From positions 1 to 6,826 of the forward strand of contig NW_021829260.1 in NCBI RefSeq assembly GCF_006345805.1: a stretch of 6,826 bases of DNA, written 5' to 3'. Position 1 is the first letter of the stretch; each line of letters begins with the position of its first letter. Shown piece after piece: positions 6,701 through 6,826 of the stretch. The notes beneath the pieces were generated by a model that was given only the letters and a program-made list of their open reading frames with translations, was not told the origin of the DNA and did not search any database. Made by a program: the position numbers and the translations under genes. This DNA comes from Octopus sinensis (lineage: Eukaryota).

Positions 6701-6826
6701 CGGGAAGCTTTATGGAAATAGACAAAAGACGAAGGCAGGTGGAAAACAAACGAACAATTGTATTAGTATGGCGCTCAGGAAATATAAACAAGCAGTCTTT
6801 AACGTTTCGAGCCTACGCTCTTCAAC
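6699..6826 (-). mobile_element. Hammerhead-bearing unit A, cut by the window edge
   Basis: Minus-strand order: hammerhead motif, pyrimidine-rich spacer, GAGCGCCATACTAATAC, T-rich tail, then (TA)n. A diverged homolog of unit B. Confidence 0.5.
6795..6826 (-). ncRNA. Partial minimal hammerhead motif A (5' part outside the window; U at core position 6)
   Basis: Minus strand: GTTGA-A-GAGC-GTAG-GCTC-GAAAC-GT-T-AAAGAC. It has the same stem II as motif B with a different loop, and an intact palindromic ACGU plus H17 (predicted cut between 6801 and 6800). C3 and U4 would lie beyond 6826, and position 6 is U rather than A. Confidence 0.55.

Noticed and set aside
4569-6826. GIY-YIG remnant and hammerhead units as parts of one Penelope insertion
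   Set aside because: They are on opposite strands and separated by about 1.5 kb of unrelated sequence. No hammerhead core was found directly downstream of the remnant.

Overview
Repeat-dense eukaryotic non-coding DNA; no host protein gene, rRNA, intact tRNA or CRISPR array is supported. The SINE families look to me like those of octopus (cephalopod) genomes; this is recognition from memory, not a database result. Contents: three copies of a ~400-bp tRNA-headed SINE (two of them in a near-identical duplication at 1-1233), remnants of related SINEs, a 5'-truncated non-LTR retrotransposon fragment encoding a restriction-like endonuclease (R4/Dong-like) between (TAA)n arrays, and a decayed Penelope-like GIY-YIG endonuclease remnant that the ORF track misses. 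There is also a 265-bp foldback with 110-bp arms and many microsatellites. The most interesting signal is two related minus-strand units at the right end, each with a minimal hammerhead ribozyme motif 256 nt apart; each has a different apparent defect, and the two could complement one another. Most supplied ORFs are microsatellite or SINE artefacts. Scattered 1-bp indels suggest some sequencing or consensus error.
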